From an uncultured delta proteobacterium (GTDB lineage: Bacteria; Desulfobacterota; Binatia; Binatales; Binataceae), in the NCBI GenBank assembly GCA_963796565.1, contig CAWCMA010000013.1, positions 80,493-144,492 on the forward strand: a stretch of DNA of 64,000 nt, written 5' to 3'. Every line of letters starts with the position of its first letter. The first letter of the stretch is position 1. Positions 18,531 through 27,671 of the stretch are shown here, piece after piece. The position numbers were made by a program, and so were the translations under genes. The notes below the pieces were generated by a model. That model saw only the letters and a list, made by a program, of their open reading frames with translations, was not told where the DNA came from and did not search any database.

Positions 18531-19733
18531 ATGCTGAAGCTCAACCGCAGAGTAGCCGCAATCAAGTCGTCGGCCACGTTGGCGGCCGACGCGCGCGCGA
18601 CCGAATTGAGGGCCGCCGGTGTCGACGTCATACCGCTGGCCGCAGGCGAGCCCGACTTCGACACCCCGGAGCGCATCAAGGAAGCCGCGCGCCGCGCGCT
18701 CGCCGCGGGCCTGACCAAGTACACGCCGGTGGCTGGGACGCGCGAGCTCAAGAACGCGATCCGCCTCAAGCTCAAGCGCGACAACCATCTCGACTACGAG
18801 CCGGCCGAGATCATGGCCTCGGCCGGCAGCAAGCCCGCCGAGTACAACATTATCGCTAGCCTCTTCGACGAGGGCGACGAAGTGATCGTGCCCACGCCGG
18901 CGTGGGTGAGCTTCGTCGCGATGATCCAGCTAAGCGGCGCCGAGCCGAAACTGGTCGCCTGTCCGGAGAGCGGCGGCTTTCTGCTCGACCCGGAGCGGCT
19001 GCGCAGCGCGATCGGCCCGCGTACCCGCGGCATCATGCTGAATTCGCCCTCCAATCCGACCGGCGCGGTCTATAACGAGCCGCAACTCGCCTCGCTGGCA
19101 CGCGTGCTGGTGGAGTTCCCCGAGGTCTGGGTGATGTCAGACGACGCCTACGAGCATATCGCTTACGTGGGGCACGTCCCGCACATCTTCGAGCTCGAGC
19201 CGCGCCTGAAACAGCGGGGGATCGTTTTCAATACGGTGTCGAAGGCCTACGCGATGACCGGTTGGCGGATCGGATTTGCGGCCGGACCGCGCGAGGCGAT
19301 GGCCGCGGCAACGCGTCTGCAAAGCCAGAACAGCGGCAACCCCAATTCGATCGCGCAGGCCGCCGCGGTCGAGGCGCTGACCGGGCCGCAGAACGAAATC
19401 GCCACAATGGCGGCCGAGTTCCGCGCGCGCCGCGACCTGGTAGTCGAGCGGGTGCGCCGGATTCCCGGCTTCAGCCTGCCCAACGTGCCCGAAGGCGCGT
19501 TCTACGCATTTGTGAACGTGTCGGCGATGCTCGAGCGAGAGTACAAAGGAAGCGTGATCGGCGACGGCGACCGCCTGGCCTCGATCATCCTCGACGACGC
19601 GCAGGTCGCGATCGTCGGCGGCAACGACTTCGACGCGCCGAACCACGTGCGTCTCTCGTACGCCACTTCGCGCGAGAAGCTCAACCAGGCCTTCGATCGC
19701 ATCGAGCGCTTGGCGCACGAAATCATGCGCTAG
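18531..19733 (+). CDS. Aspartate/aromatic aminotransferase (class I PLP-dependent)
   Basis: 400 aa. Class I aminotransferase features ...GEPDFDTP..., ...NSPSNPTGAVY..., and ...SKAYAMTGWRIG (PLP-Lys region). Confidence 0.85.
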   Translation: MLKLNRRVAAIKSSATLAADARATELRAAGVDVIPLAAGEPDFDTPERIKEAARRALAAGLTKYTPVAGTRELKNAIRLKLKRDNHLDYEPAEIMASAGSKPAEYNIIASLFDEGDEVIVPTPAWVSFVAMIQLSGAEPKLVACPESGGFLLDPERLRSAIGPRTRGIMLNSPSNPTGAVYNEPQLASLARVLVEFPEVWVMSDDAYEHIAYVGHVPHIFELEPRLKQRGIVFNTVSKAYAMTGWRIGFAAGPREAMAAATRLQSQNSGNPNSIAQAAAVEALTGPQNEIATMAAEFRARRDLVVERVRRIPGFSLPNVPEGAFYAFVNVSAMLEREYKGSVIGDGDRLASIILDDAQVAIVGGNDFDAPNHVRLSYATSREKLNQAFDRIERLAHEIMR

Positions 19734-19934
19734 GGAACAGGCGGGAGATCACTCGTTGGAATCGTCGGCGTCCGAATGCTCAGCCGCCGCATGTCCCGGC
19801 GACTCTTTGACGACCATGTCGGGATCGGCACGAACGGGCAGTACGATCGGGCTCGCTACATGGGAATCACTTGAACTTCGAGTGACTCGGTAAAGGACGA
19901 TAGGCAAACTTACTGACATTGCTGAAAACCCTTG

Positions 19935-22127
19935 CTAGTCACCAAGCCCGGATTCGCCGAGCATTTTAATTATAGGTCTCAACAGCATGGTCCGCAACGT
20001 CGCCTTCTCAGGCGAAGCGTTATCGAGAAGTTTTGTATTCTCTGGAGAAACGTCGCGAATTCCGATCCTGACGACTCCCCACGGGGGCGAGTTTGTCCAG
20101 TCCATCCCTAGTCTGACCGGTACTGCGATCAGCGCTCGCTCCTCTTGGAGCATCCCAAGGGCATCCGCATTCTCTGCGCGCTGGGCAGGTTGCAATATCG
20201 GGGTCGCGGCGAGTGCGCCGCGCCAGGCGAGCGTGACGACCATCGATTGCCGATCGATTTCGATTTGCGCCGGGCGCGGGCTTGCTTCTTTGGGATGGGA
20301 ACCCACCAGATCGAGCCGGCCGACCTGTCCGAGGCTAGGCACATAAAGCGAAACCACCGCGCTGGCGCCGAGCGGAGTGGCGGTCAGGCCTTCATAGAAT
20401 CGCCTAACCAGTTCGGCACCCTTGGATCGGGCGTTCGTTCGAAATTTTTCGGCTTCTTCCGCCGGCTGTTGGAGCGGAGGCTTCCACGCAACCACGTACC
20501 GCATATTTTTTTGCGGATATGGCACCGCCAGCAAATAGTTTCCGGGCGCGATGATTCTCAGGTAGTCGTACAGTTCGGGGGGTGAGGAATACTTGTACGG
20601 ATCACCGGTGGAAAGCTGCTGGAATACCCGGATGTCATTCTCGCCGGGCGCAAGCTCGGGCGGAATGCCCACAGCGAGCGTCAGCGATTTCAGAAAGCTT
20701 GTGGCAGTCGCGGCGGCTAGTTCATAGCCACTGTCGCGAAATGGTCCGCGCTTTGTCGCGTCGAGCGCATCGAGCTCCTCTCGGGTCAGCACCGCCCCGC
20801 CCAGCCAGGTGTAGGAAACGTCGATATGCAGCGGCACCGTCGCGATCGCCGGATCGACATCGCACTCGAAGAAATAGCCGCGCGGGTCTTTGGGATTTTT
20901 AGCCGGCAGTTCCGTGAACACCAACGGCACGTTGGGCGTCCATATCTGCCCCTTGCGGGACGCGAAACGCACGCTCAAGTTGGTCGGCACGCCAGTCTCA
21001 TTCCAGACCAGCCGGCTCCATTTGCCGCCTTCCAGCGACCAGTCGGAGCTCGACTCGTTCACGATGCCATCGCGCGCCCGGGTAAATTCGACGTGCTTGA
21101 CCACTTCGCTGGTGGACGGTCGAGCCAGAGAGCCGCCGCTGCGGCGCAGCAAACGGTTGCGGCGGACCGCCGGCGAGTCGAGAAGCTGGTAATGAGTGCC
21201 GGCGTTCCATGCGCCGCCACTCCACGAATAGACCGTCAGATCGACCGAACGGTCGGGCCTGAGTTCGATCAGATTGTATGACGCGGTTGACGGATCGCTC
21301 TTGTGCAACGTGATCGCGCCAGTTGAAGATCCCGCAGCGATCACCGCCGTCTCTCCGCCCCCACCGCTCAGCGTGGCATAGCGGCCCCAGTTGGCCCGGT
21401 GTTCGTGACCATGCAAGGCGATATCGACGTGAGCGCAGGCGAGCGCCTCGAGCAAGGAGCCCGAGTTGACCAAGGTCGTCAGATTAAACAGCGCACGAGT
21501 GCCTTGGCGGCTCTGCTCCAGCCCGCGCACAGAGAGCAGATGATGATGCACGAGCAGGATGCCGAGGTCGACTTCGTCCGAATGCTCCATCGCATTGGCG
21601 AGCCGCTGAACGTCGGGCCACGATACCTTGCCGCGGGCAAAGCTGTCAGCCTCGCGGTTCGAGTCGAGGGCGAAGATGCGCAACCGCCATTCGTTGGGAG
21701 ATGCTCCGAGCGTCAGGTTGGCGGGAGCGGTGAGCGACGGAACAGCGTCGCCGAAATGCGCATCGAACGGGGACAAATGGCTTCCGCGTATAACCTGAGC
21801 AACCCACTGGAAAGGTTTCGCGAGCGCTCGGACGGGTCTAAGCGTTCGATTGCCGTAAAAGAAGCGATCGTGATTGCCAGCACAGACGAGGTATCGGGCC
21901 GCGATCCCCTGGCAAAGATTATCGAGCTCGCTGCGAGCTGTCCTGAAGAACTTTTTTCTTGGGGTGTTGGCGATGTCGCCTGTCACCAATATGAGATGGG
22001 GATGGACTTGATTCTGAAGACGGTCCTTGAGCAGTTCCCACGTCGTCGTCTGCCCCCAAGCACCGAAGTGCAGATCGCTGATGTGCGCGATTCGTATCTC
22101 GTCCATGTACGATGCCCCCGAAAACAA
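19935..22127 (-). CDS. Large calcineurin-like metallophosphoesterase (N-terminal ~300 aa) fused to a ~430-aa uncharacterised C-terminal domain
   Basis: The MPP motifs appear in order: IAHISDLHFG (DxH), VTGDIAN (GD), AGNHD (GNHD/E), LLVHHHLL (H), LHGHEHRANW (GHxH). There is no signal peptide. The C-terminal half has no motif I recognise. The gene sits in a visibly lower-GC patch (~19.75-22.13 kb). The start is probably MDEIRIAH (22106) rather than 22127. Confidence 0.7.
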   Translation of the reverse strand: MFSGASYMDEIRIAHISDLHFGAWGQTTTWELLKDRLQNQVHPHLILVTGDIANTPRKKFFRTARSELDNLCQGIAARYLVCAGNHDRFFYGNRTLRPVRALAKPFQWVAQVIRGSHLSPFDAHFGDAVPSLTAPANLTLGASPNEWRLRIFALDSNREADSFARGKVSWPDVQRLANAMEHSDEVDLGILLVHHHLLSVRGLEQSRQGTRALFNLTTLVNSGSLLEALACAHVDIALHGHEHRANWGRYATLSGGGGETAVIAAGSSTGAITLHKSDPSTASYNLIELRPDRSVDLTVYSWSGGAWNAGTHYQLLDSPAVRRNRLLRRSGGSLARPSTSEVVKHVEFTRARDGIVNESSSDWSLEGGKWSRLVWNETGVPTNLSVRFASRKGQIWTPNVPLVFTELPAKNPKDPRGYFFECDVDPAIATVPLHIDVSYTWLGGAVLTREELDALDATKRGPFRDSGYELAAATATSFLKSLTLAVGIPPELAPGENDIRVFQQLSTGDPYKYSSPPELYDYLRIIAPGNYLLAVPYPQKNMRYVVAWKPPLQQPAEEAEKFRTNARSKGAELVRRFYEGLTATPLGASAVVSLYVPSLGQVGRLDLVGSHPKEASPRPAQIEIDRQSMVVTLAWRGALAATPILQPAQRAENADALGMLQEERALIAVPVRLGMDWTNSPPWGVVRIGIRDVSPENTKLLDNASPEKATLRTMLLRPIIKMLGESGLGD

Positions 22128-22195
22128 CGGCGTTCATCGGGCGCAATATCGCACGTGCAAGCATCAATCGACAAAGGTGCGGGGCGCGCGGTTCG

Positions 22196-22624
22196 CTAGC
22201 GGCGCCAGGGCGCCGGCAGCTCGCCGCTGCGGATGAAGCGCAGGTAGTCGGCAAGCACCTCGGCGTGGTCGAACGCGAGCGGCGCCGGCGGCGCGTCGGG
22301 CGCGAACAAGCCGATTCCCTTGGCGTCGTCGGCGGCACGCGGCTCGCCGTGCGCTCGTCCGACGTATATTGCGGTGACGGTCTGGCCGCGCGGGTCGCGG
22401 TCGGGACGCGAGTAAACGCCGAGCAACGCGCGCAGTTCGACCTCGAGCGTGGTCTCCTCGCGCAACTCGCGCACGGCGGCGTCCTCAACCTTCTCGCCGA
22501 CGTCGACGAAGCCGCCGGGCAACGCCCATCCGAAGGGAAAGTTGCGCCGGTCAATCAGCACGATTTTGTCTCCGATTTCAGCGATCACGTCGGCCGCGAT
22601 TGGAGGGCATACTGGCTTGGACAT
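22196..22624 (-). CDS. NUDIX hydrolase
   Basis: Nudix box GGFVDVGEKVEDAAVRELREETTLEV (GX5EX7REUXEEXGU). 142 aa. Confidence 0.75.
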   Translation of the reverse strand: MSKPVCPPIAADVIAEIGDKIVLIDRRNFPFGWALPGGFVDVGEKVEDAAVRELREETTLEVELRALLGVYSRPDRDPRGQTVTAIYVGRAHGEPRAADDAKGIGLFAPDAPPAPLAFDHAEVLADYLRFIRSGELPAPWRR

Positions 22625-22725
22625 GCCTACAGGCTAACATTCAGCGCGTTGCGCCGCATCGACCGCCTCGCCCGCACCAAAGGCGTTGACAAGCGAGGCC
22701 GCGAACCCCAAAGTTCTGAACTGAT

Positions 22726-23748
22726 ATGCAAGTCGCACGGCTTTATGACTTCGGCGATATCCGCGTCGAGCAGGACCCGCGCCCGGCGCCCGGCCCCGAC
22801 GAAATTCTGGTCCGCGCCCGCGCCTGCGGCATCTGCTCAGGCGACATCATGCCCTGGTACATCCGGCGCAAGGCGCCATTGGTGCTGGGCCACGAGCCGG
22901 TCGGTGTGGTCGAGGAGGTCGGCGCGGCAGTGCGCGGGTTTCGCCGCGGCGAGCGCGTCTTCGTCCACCATCACGCGCCGTGCTTCGAGTGCGCGTCGTG
23001 CCGGCGCGGCGAGTATGTCCAATGCGCCACCTGGCGCGCGACCAAAATTGTGCCGGGCGGGATGGCCGAGTACTTCGTGGTGGGCGCGCACAACCAGCGC
23101 GACACGCTGCATCTGCCCGACGCGCTCGCCGACGCCGACGGCGTGCTGATCGAGCCGGCGGCGTGCGTGGTCAAGTCGCTGCGCCGCTCGGGCCTCAAGC
23201 GCGACGAGAGCATTCTGATCATCGGACTCGGCATCATGGGAATGATGCACGTGGTGATGGCGCGTCATCTGGGGGCCGGGCGCATAATCGGCGCCGATCT
23301 GTTCGAGACGCGCGCGCGGCGCGCCGTTGCGCTGGGCGCCGACGCGGGCCTGGTGGTCTCGGGCGATAACCTGGTCGAGCAGGTGCGCGAGGCGACCGCC
23401 GGCGCGATGGCCGACGTGGTGATCGTCGGGCCCGGCAACGCCAAAGCGATCGCGCAGGGAATCGCGGCGGCCGGCAAGGGCGCCACGGTGGTGCAGTTCA
23501 CCGCCACGCCGCCCGAGGACGAGATGACGCTCAAGCCGCACGATCTCTATTTCAACGAGACGCGGCTGGTGCCGAGCTACTCCTGCGGGCCGGATGACAC
23601 GCGCGAGGCGATGGCGCTGGTGGAGCGCTCAGTACTGCGCGCTGCCGACCTGGTGACCCATCGCTTCCCGCTTGAGCGGGTGGTCGAAGCCTACGCGATG
23701 GCGCAGAAGCCCGAGTCGCTCAAGGTGATCGTCACGTTCCACGAATAG
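22726..23748 (+). CDS. Zinc-dependent medium-chain dehydrogenase/reductase (threonine/sorbitol dehydrogenase-like)
   Basis: Catalytic Zn site CGICSGD...GHEPVGVV, structural Zn cysteines CFECASCRRGEYVQC, and a Rossmann motif IIGLGIMG. Confidence 0.85.
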   Translation: MQVARLYDFGDIRVEQDPRPAPGPDEILVRARACGICSGDIMPWYIRRKAPLVLGHEPVGVVEEVGAAVRGFRRGERVFVHHHAPCFECASCRRGEYVQCATWRATKIVPGGMAEYFVVGAHNQRDTLHLPDALADADGVLIEPAACVVKSLRRSGLKRDESILIIGLGIMGMMHVVMARHLGAGRIIGADLFETRARRAVALGADAGLVVSGDNLVEQVREATAGAMADVVIVGPGNAKAIAQGIAAAGKGATVVQFTATPPEDEMTLKPHDLYFNETRLVPSYSCGPDDTREAMALVERSVLRAADLVTHRFPLERVVEAYAMAQKPESLKVIVTFHE

Positions 23749-23930
23749 CAAAGCGGCCAGCCGAGACGACTTTCCGCCGGTACGGACACTCTGAGCGCGG
23801 CACAATCGCCAACGGTTGACCGATCGCGAGCACAAACGCACGTGCAATCGCAATCGAGCGACTGCACGAACGATTAGCTACTCGAGCAACTACCGGGAGC
23901 CCCGACGCGTGGCCGCGAGGACCACGCACA

Positions 23931-23960
23931 AGGAAAAGGGCGGTCGAAAAACGGCCGCCC
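23931..23960 (-). terminator. Intrinsic terminator of the His-rich lipoprotein gene
   Basis: The minus strand reads gggcggccg-ttttt-cgaccgccc followed by TTTTCC, starting ~20 nt after the stop at 23984. It is a 9-bp stem with one G.U pair. Confidence 0.55.
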
Positions 23961-23983
23961 TCTTCCTATGCAGGCGTTGGAAA

Positions 23984-24391
23984 CTACGGGGTCGCTGGCG
24001 GGGGAGCCGCAGGCGGGGGAGCCGCCGCTCCGCTATCCGCAGGCGCCGCGCTCTTGTGCATCACATGGTGATGAACGTGATGAATGACGTGATGGTGCAT
24101 CACGTGATGGCCACCACCTTCGGTCTTCATGGCGATCGCCTCAGCGCGATCCGCAGCAGCCTTGGCGTCAGCCGCGGCTTGCTCAGTACGCGTCGCGGCA
24201 GCCTGTGCGGCAGCGGCCGATTGCTGCGCCGAACTGGCGGCAGCCTCAGCGCCTTGCGCCGAGGAGCTGGCCTGCGTTGCCGCAGCCTGCGCCTTCTGCG
24301 CGGCGTCCTGACCGGAGCATCCTGCAAATAGCGCGAGCGCCAGTGCGGCCCCGGCAAATGCGAGCATCTTCGAACTCTTTATCCCTTCCAT
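23984..24391 (-). CDS. Lpp-like Ala/Gln-rich lipoprotein with C-terminal polyhistidine segment
   Basis: The start is placed at ATG 24391, with SD aaggaggg 10 nt upstream: MEGIKSSKMLAFAGAALALALFAGCSG (lipobox LFAGC). A coiled AQKAQAAATQASSSAQGAEAAASSAQQSAAAAQAAATRTEQAAADAKAAADRAEA segment follows, then GGGHHVMHHHVIHHVHHHVMH and a Pro/Ala tail. Confidence 0.6.
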   Translation of the reverse strand: MEGIKSSKMLAFAGAALALALFAGCSGQDAAQKAQAAATQASSSAQGAEAAASSAQQSAAAAQAAATRTEQAAADAKAAADRAEAIAMKTEGGGHHVMHHHVIHHVHHHVMHKSAAPADSGAAAPPPAAPPPATP

Positions 24392-24616
24392 CCTGATTCC
24401 TTCCCTCCTTGCAAGTCGGCGACGGGCCGCCATGTGGACTACCTTACCAGTTAGTCACATTGCCAACGGAACTGCTATGCCCAATCGGTTACGTACATAA
24501 CAAACCTTACATAAGTTAGAGACCGCTGCAATCAGCATTTCTTATATCTGGTCCAGCCTCAACTCAGCTTAACTTGTACCGTCAATTACTCGTATCGAGC
24601 CCCCCGGACGCGCGAA

Positions 24617-26365
24617 TTAGAAATCCTCTTCGCCGGTGTATTCGCCGCCCATGCCACCCATGCCGCCCATCCCACCCATTCCGGGCATGCCGCCCATGCC
24701 GGGCATTCCGCCCATGCCGCCCATTCCCGGCATCCCGCCCATGCCACCCATACCGCCGCCGGCCGGCATCGAGGGCATAGATGCGGCCTTGCGCGGCATC
24801 TCGGCGATCGCCGCTTCGGTGGTGAGCATCATCGAGGCCGCGCTGACCGCATTCTCCAGCGCCGAGCGAACGACTTTGGCAGGATCGATCACGCCTGCCT
24901 TAACCAGGTCTTCGAATTCCCCGGTGGCGGCATTGAAGCCGAAGTCGCCCTTGCCCTCGATCACTCTGTTGTAAACCACCGCGGCCTCATGTCCGGAGTT
25001 GTGCGCGATCTGGCGCAGCGGCTCGCCCATCGCACGCGCGACGATATCCGCGCCGGCCTTGCGCTCCGGGGATAGCTTCAGCGCTTCGACCTCTTTGACC
25101 GCACGCGCGAGCGCTACGCCACCGCCGGGTACGACGCCCTCTTCGACCGCGGCCCGCAGGGCGTGTACCGCGTCGTCGACGCGCGCCTTGCGTTCTTTGA
25201 GTTCAACCTCGGTGGCCGCGCCGACCTTGATAACGCCGACCCCGCCGACCAGCTTGGCCAGGCGCTCCTCGAGCTTCTCGCGATCGTAGTCGGAAGTGGT
25301 CTGGGCGATCTGGGTGCGGATCTGGCTCAGGCGGGCCTGGATTTCAGCTTTCTTGCCTGCGCCGCCGACGAGCGTGGTGTTGTCCTTGTCGATGATCGCG
25401 CGGCGGCACTTGCCGAGCGCGCTTAGCTGCACGCTCTCGAGCTTGAGCCCCATCTCCTCCGCGATCACCTGGCCACCGGTCAGGATCGCCATGTCGGTCA
25501 TCATCTCCTTGCGCCGATCGCCGAAGCCCGGCGCCTTGACCGCCGCCACGTGCAGCGTGCCGCGCAGCTTGTTGACCACCAGCGTGGCAAGCGCCTCGGC
25601 CTCGACGTCCTCGGAAATGATCAACAGTGGACGACCCGCCTGCACGACGCGCTCGAGCAGCGGCAGCAGGTCGCGCATGTTGGAAATCTTCTTTTCATGG
25701 AACAGGATCAGCGGCTCCTCGAGCTCGATCGTCATGCGCTCGGGGTTGGTTACGAAGTAGGGTGATAGATAGCCGCGGTCAAAACGCATGCCCTCGACCA
25801 GGTCGAGCGTGGTTTCCAGGCCGCTCGCCTCCTCGACCGTGATCACGCCTTCCATCCCGACCTTACCCATCGCGTCGGCGATGATCTTGCCGATCGCCTT
25901 GTCGCCGTTGGCCGCCACGGTAGCGACCTGCACCATCCGCTCATGCTCCTTGACCGGCCGGGCCATCGCCTTGATGACCTCGGTCGCCTTGGCGACCGCG
26001 GTCTCCATGCCGCGCTTGAGCTCCATCGGCGCCATCCCGGCGGCGAGCAGGAGCAGGCCTTCGCGCAGCACGGCGCGGGCGAGCACGGTCGCGGTGGTGG
26101 TGCCGTCACCGGCGACATCGGAGGTTTTCTGGGCGACCTCGCGGATCAGCTTGGCGCCCATGTTCTCGAACTTGTCCTCGAGATCGATCTCCTTGACCAC
26201 GGTGACGCCGTCCTTGGTGACGATCGGCGCGCCGAAGCTTTTCTGGATCATGACGTGACGGCCCTTGGGACCAAGCGTAACGCACGCGGCTTTGGCGACC
26301 AGCGAAGCGCCCTTGACGATCCCGGCGCGGGCTTTCTCATGCAGGTGGATGATTTTGGCTGACAT
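24617..26365 (-). CDS. groEL: Chaperonin GroEL paralog with long C-terminal GGM repeat; no adjacent groES
   Basis: GroEL-typical motifs are present: ...[68 protein letters not shown]... The N-terminus is divergent ([16 protein letters not shown] instead of the usual AKDVKFG..AR). The tail reads [28 protein letters not shown].... Confidence 0.9.
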   Translation of the reverse strand: MSAKIIHLHEKARAGIVKGASLVAKAACVTLGPKGRHVMIQKSFGAPIVTKDGVTVVKEIDLEDKFENMGAKLIREVAQKTSDVAGDGTTTATVLARAVLREGLLLLAAGMAPMELKRGMETAVAKATEVIKAMARPVKEHERMVQVATVAANGDKAIGKIIADAMGKVGMEGVITVEEASGLETTLDLVEGMRFDRGYLSPYFVTNPERMTIELEEPLILFHEKKISNMRDLLPLLERVVQAGRPLLIISEDVEAEALATLVVNKLRGTLHVAAVKAPGFGDRRKEMMTDMAILTGGQVIAEEMGLKLESVQLSALGKCRRAIIDKDNTTLVGGAGKKAEIQARLSQIRTQIAQTTSDYDREKLEERLAKLVGGVGVIKVGAATEVELKERKARVDDAVHALRAAVEEGVVPGGGVALARAVKEVEALKLSPERKAGADIVARAMGEPLRQIAHNSGHEAAVVYNRVIEGKGDFGFNAATGEFEDLVKAGVIDPAKVVRSALENAVSAASMMLTTEAAIAEMPRKAASMPSMPAGGGMGGMGGMPGMGGMGGMPGMGGMPGMGGMGGMGGMGGEYTGEEDF

Positions 26366-26618
26366 CGAAAAAATCTCCGTAAAAGAATCTATAGACTATT
26401 ACGCACACCGATACGCCTAAGCCCGATCGGCTCGCCCGGCTTCAACATAAGCATGTTTGCGCGCATTACCAGTAGTATCACGCTTTGTGCCCGATCACCG
26501 ACCATGCAAAAATGGTTCAGTGACGATAACTTCATCAAACAACCCGCCGGCGCGAATCGACACCGCGCCAGCTTCATCGAAAAACCGGGCCGCGCTTCGC
26601 GCCGCCGCCAGGCTTGCG

Positions 26619-27065
26619 ATGCTCCTTGGAGCGGCGGCGCTGGTTGCGTCAATCCCGCGGATGGCCTGTGCAGGATCACGGACGCCCGGCGCTCCCGCTT
26701 CGCCTCTCGCACAGGCGCCGCATGAGCCCGAAGTCGCGCCCCGCGCCGTCTTGTTTCGAACCACCCCGCTCCGAGCCGTCCTGCTCGCCCAGGACGACGA
26801 CGACGACAGCGGCGACGCGACCGCTGACAAGGGCGCTTCACCCGATGAGATCGAAAAATACGTTGCGGTGTACCGCGCGATGCAGCGCAACCACAGCATA
26901 ACGATCCAACAAGCCACCGCGGCTCAGGGACTGACCGTGGAGGCCTTTCGCGATCTCGAGCGACGTATCGAGAGCGACGACCTCGCGCGCGACGACGCTC
27001 GCCGTGCGCTCGCCGCTCCAGCCCAGAGCGCCACGCCGGCAGCGATGCCGAAAGCGCAGCCCTAA
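26619..27065 (+). CDS. Secreted DUF4168-like protein
   Basis: The internal ATG at 26619 gives MLLGAAALVASIPRMACAGS (signal peptide). An acidic linker (DDDDDSGDATADKG) follows, then DEIEKYVAVYRAMQRNHSITIQQATAAQGLTVEAFRDLERRIESDDLARDDARRAL, which resembles the DUF4168 periplasmic domain. The listed ORF begins at 26457; the start is uncertain. Confidence 0.4.
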   Translation: MLLGAAALVASIPRMACAGSRTPGAPASPLAQAPHEPEVAPRAVLFRTTPLRAVLLAQDDDDDSGDATADKGASPDEIEKYVAVYRAMQRNHSITIQQATAAQGLTVEAFRDLERRIESDDLARDDARRALAAPAQSATPAAMPKAQP

Positions 27066-27106
27066 AACGCCCGCGCGCGCCAATCGCTACCTGATGGTTG
27101 AAAAAC

Positions 27107-27136
27107 GGCGGAAGAGGATCGGGCTCCTCTTCCGCC
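27107..27136 (-). terminator. Strong intrinsic terminator (12-bp perfect stem ggcggaagagga/tcctcttccgcc, loop tcgggc) followed on the minus strand by GTTTTT
   Basis: It lies directly downstream of the minus-strand Lpp-like gene (stop at 27158). It may also act on the + strand after 26619..27065. Confidence 0.6.
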
Positions 27137-27157
27137 AGGTACTGCAGGTACTGATCG

Positions 27158-27439
27158 TTACTTCGTAACGGAAGACGCGAAAGCCGCTTCGAGGCGGGCC
27201 ACAGCGTCGTTGGCGCGTTTGACCGAATCTTCAGCGCCGCCAGCCGCTTCCTGAGCGCTCTTGGCCGACTGGGCCGCCTGATTGGCCGAGTTCTGCGCGT
27301 TGGTCGACGCAGTTGCAGCCGACTGCGCGCTGGCCTCAGCCTGCGAAGTCGCCTGATCGATCTGGGTCTGGTAACTGCATCCGGCGGCGAACAAGCCACC
27401 GACCGCAAGAATTCCAAGCACGTTCACGAACTTCTTCAT
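27158..27439 (-). CDS. Lpp-like Ala/Gln-rich small lipoprotein (paralog of 23984..24391)
   Basis: MKKFVNVLGILAVGGLFAAGCSYQTQIDQATSQAEASAQSAATASTNAQNSANQAAQSAKSAQEAAGGAEDSVKRANDAVARLEAAF. It has a lipobox LFAAGC, and its coil and ending are Braun-lipoprotein-like (E. coli Lpp: ...AAKDDAARANQRLDN...). Confidence 0.65.
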   Translation of the reverse strand: MKKFVNVLGILAVGGLFAAGCSYQTQIDQATSQAEASAQSAATASTNAQNSANQAAQSAKSAQEAAGGAEDSVKRANDAVARLEAAFASSVTK

Positions 27440-27671
27440 CCGAACCCACCTCCTGCTAAACCGGTAAAATCAGTTCTTGATATGTAACAGCAATCTAACA
27501 GCATCGCGCATCGGCGCGAAGCGTTTGCTACCACGAAATTGTGCTCATCGTTACAAATCGATCTGTTCAAGGCAAGCTAACGGACGGGCTGGTACTCGTG
27601 AAATCCTCGCGGTTGACATCCAAAACTGGCGACGGCTATCGTCAGATCGAACCACTCGCAGCTTCCGCGCA

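Noticed and set aside
19864-19888. Imperfect 12-bp inverted repeat gaatcacttgaa c ttcgagtgactc between convergent aspC and the MPP gene
   Set aside because: Probably just a shared transcription terminator hairpin. It has two mismatches and no U-tract, so it was noted but not called.
24640-24780. Highly repetitive DNA (ccatgccgcccat... units)
   Set aside because: It is the coding sequence of the GroEL C-terminal GGM/GMP tail, a known feature and not an independent repeat element.
26366-26460. Looked for a CIRCE/HrcA inverted repeat (TTAGCACTC-N9-GAGTGCTAA) upstream of groEL
   Set aside because: No such element is visible in the spacer. No regulatory call was made.
26389-27417. 342-aa minus-strand ORF upstream of groEL
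   Set aside because: Extremely Arg/Pro-rich (RRLRRLRPARSRLQLRRPTRRTRPIRRPSRP...). It overlaps the + strand DUF4168-like gene, which has a signal peptide and a recognisable domain.
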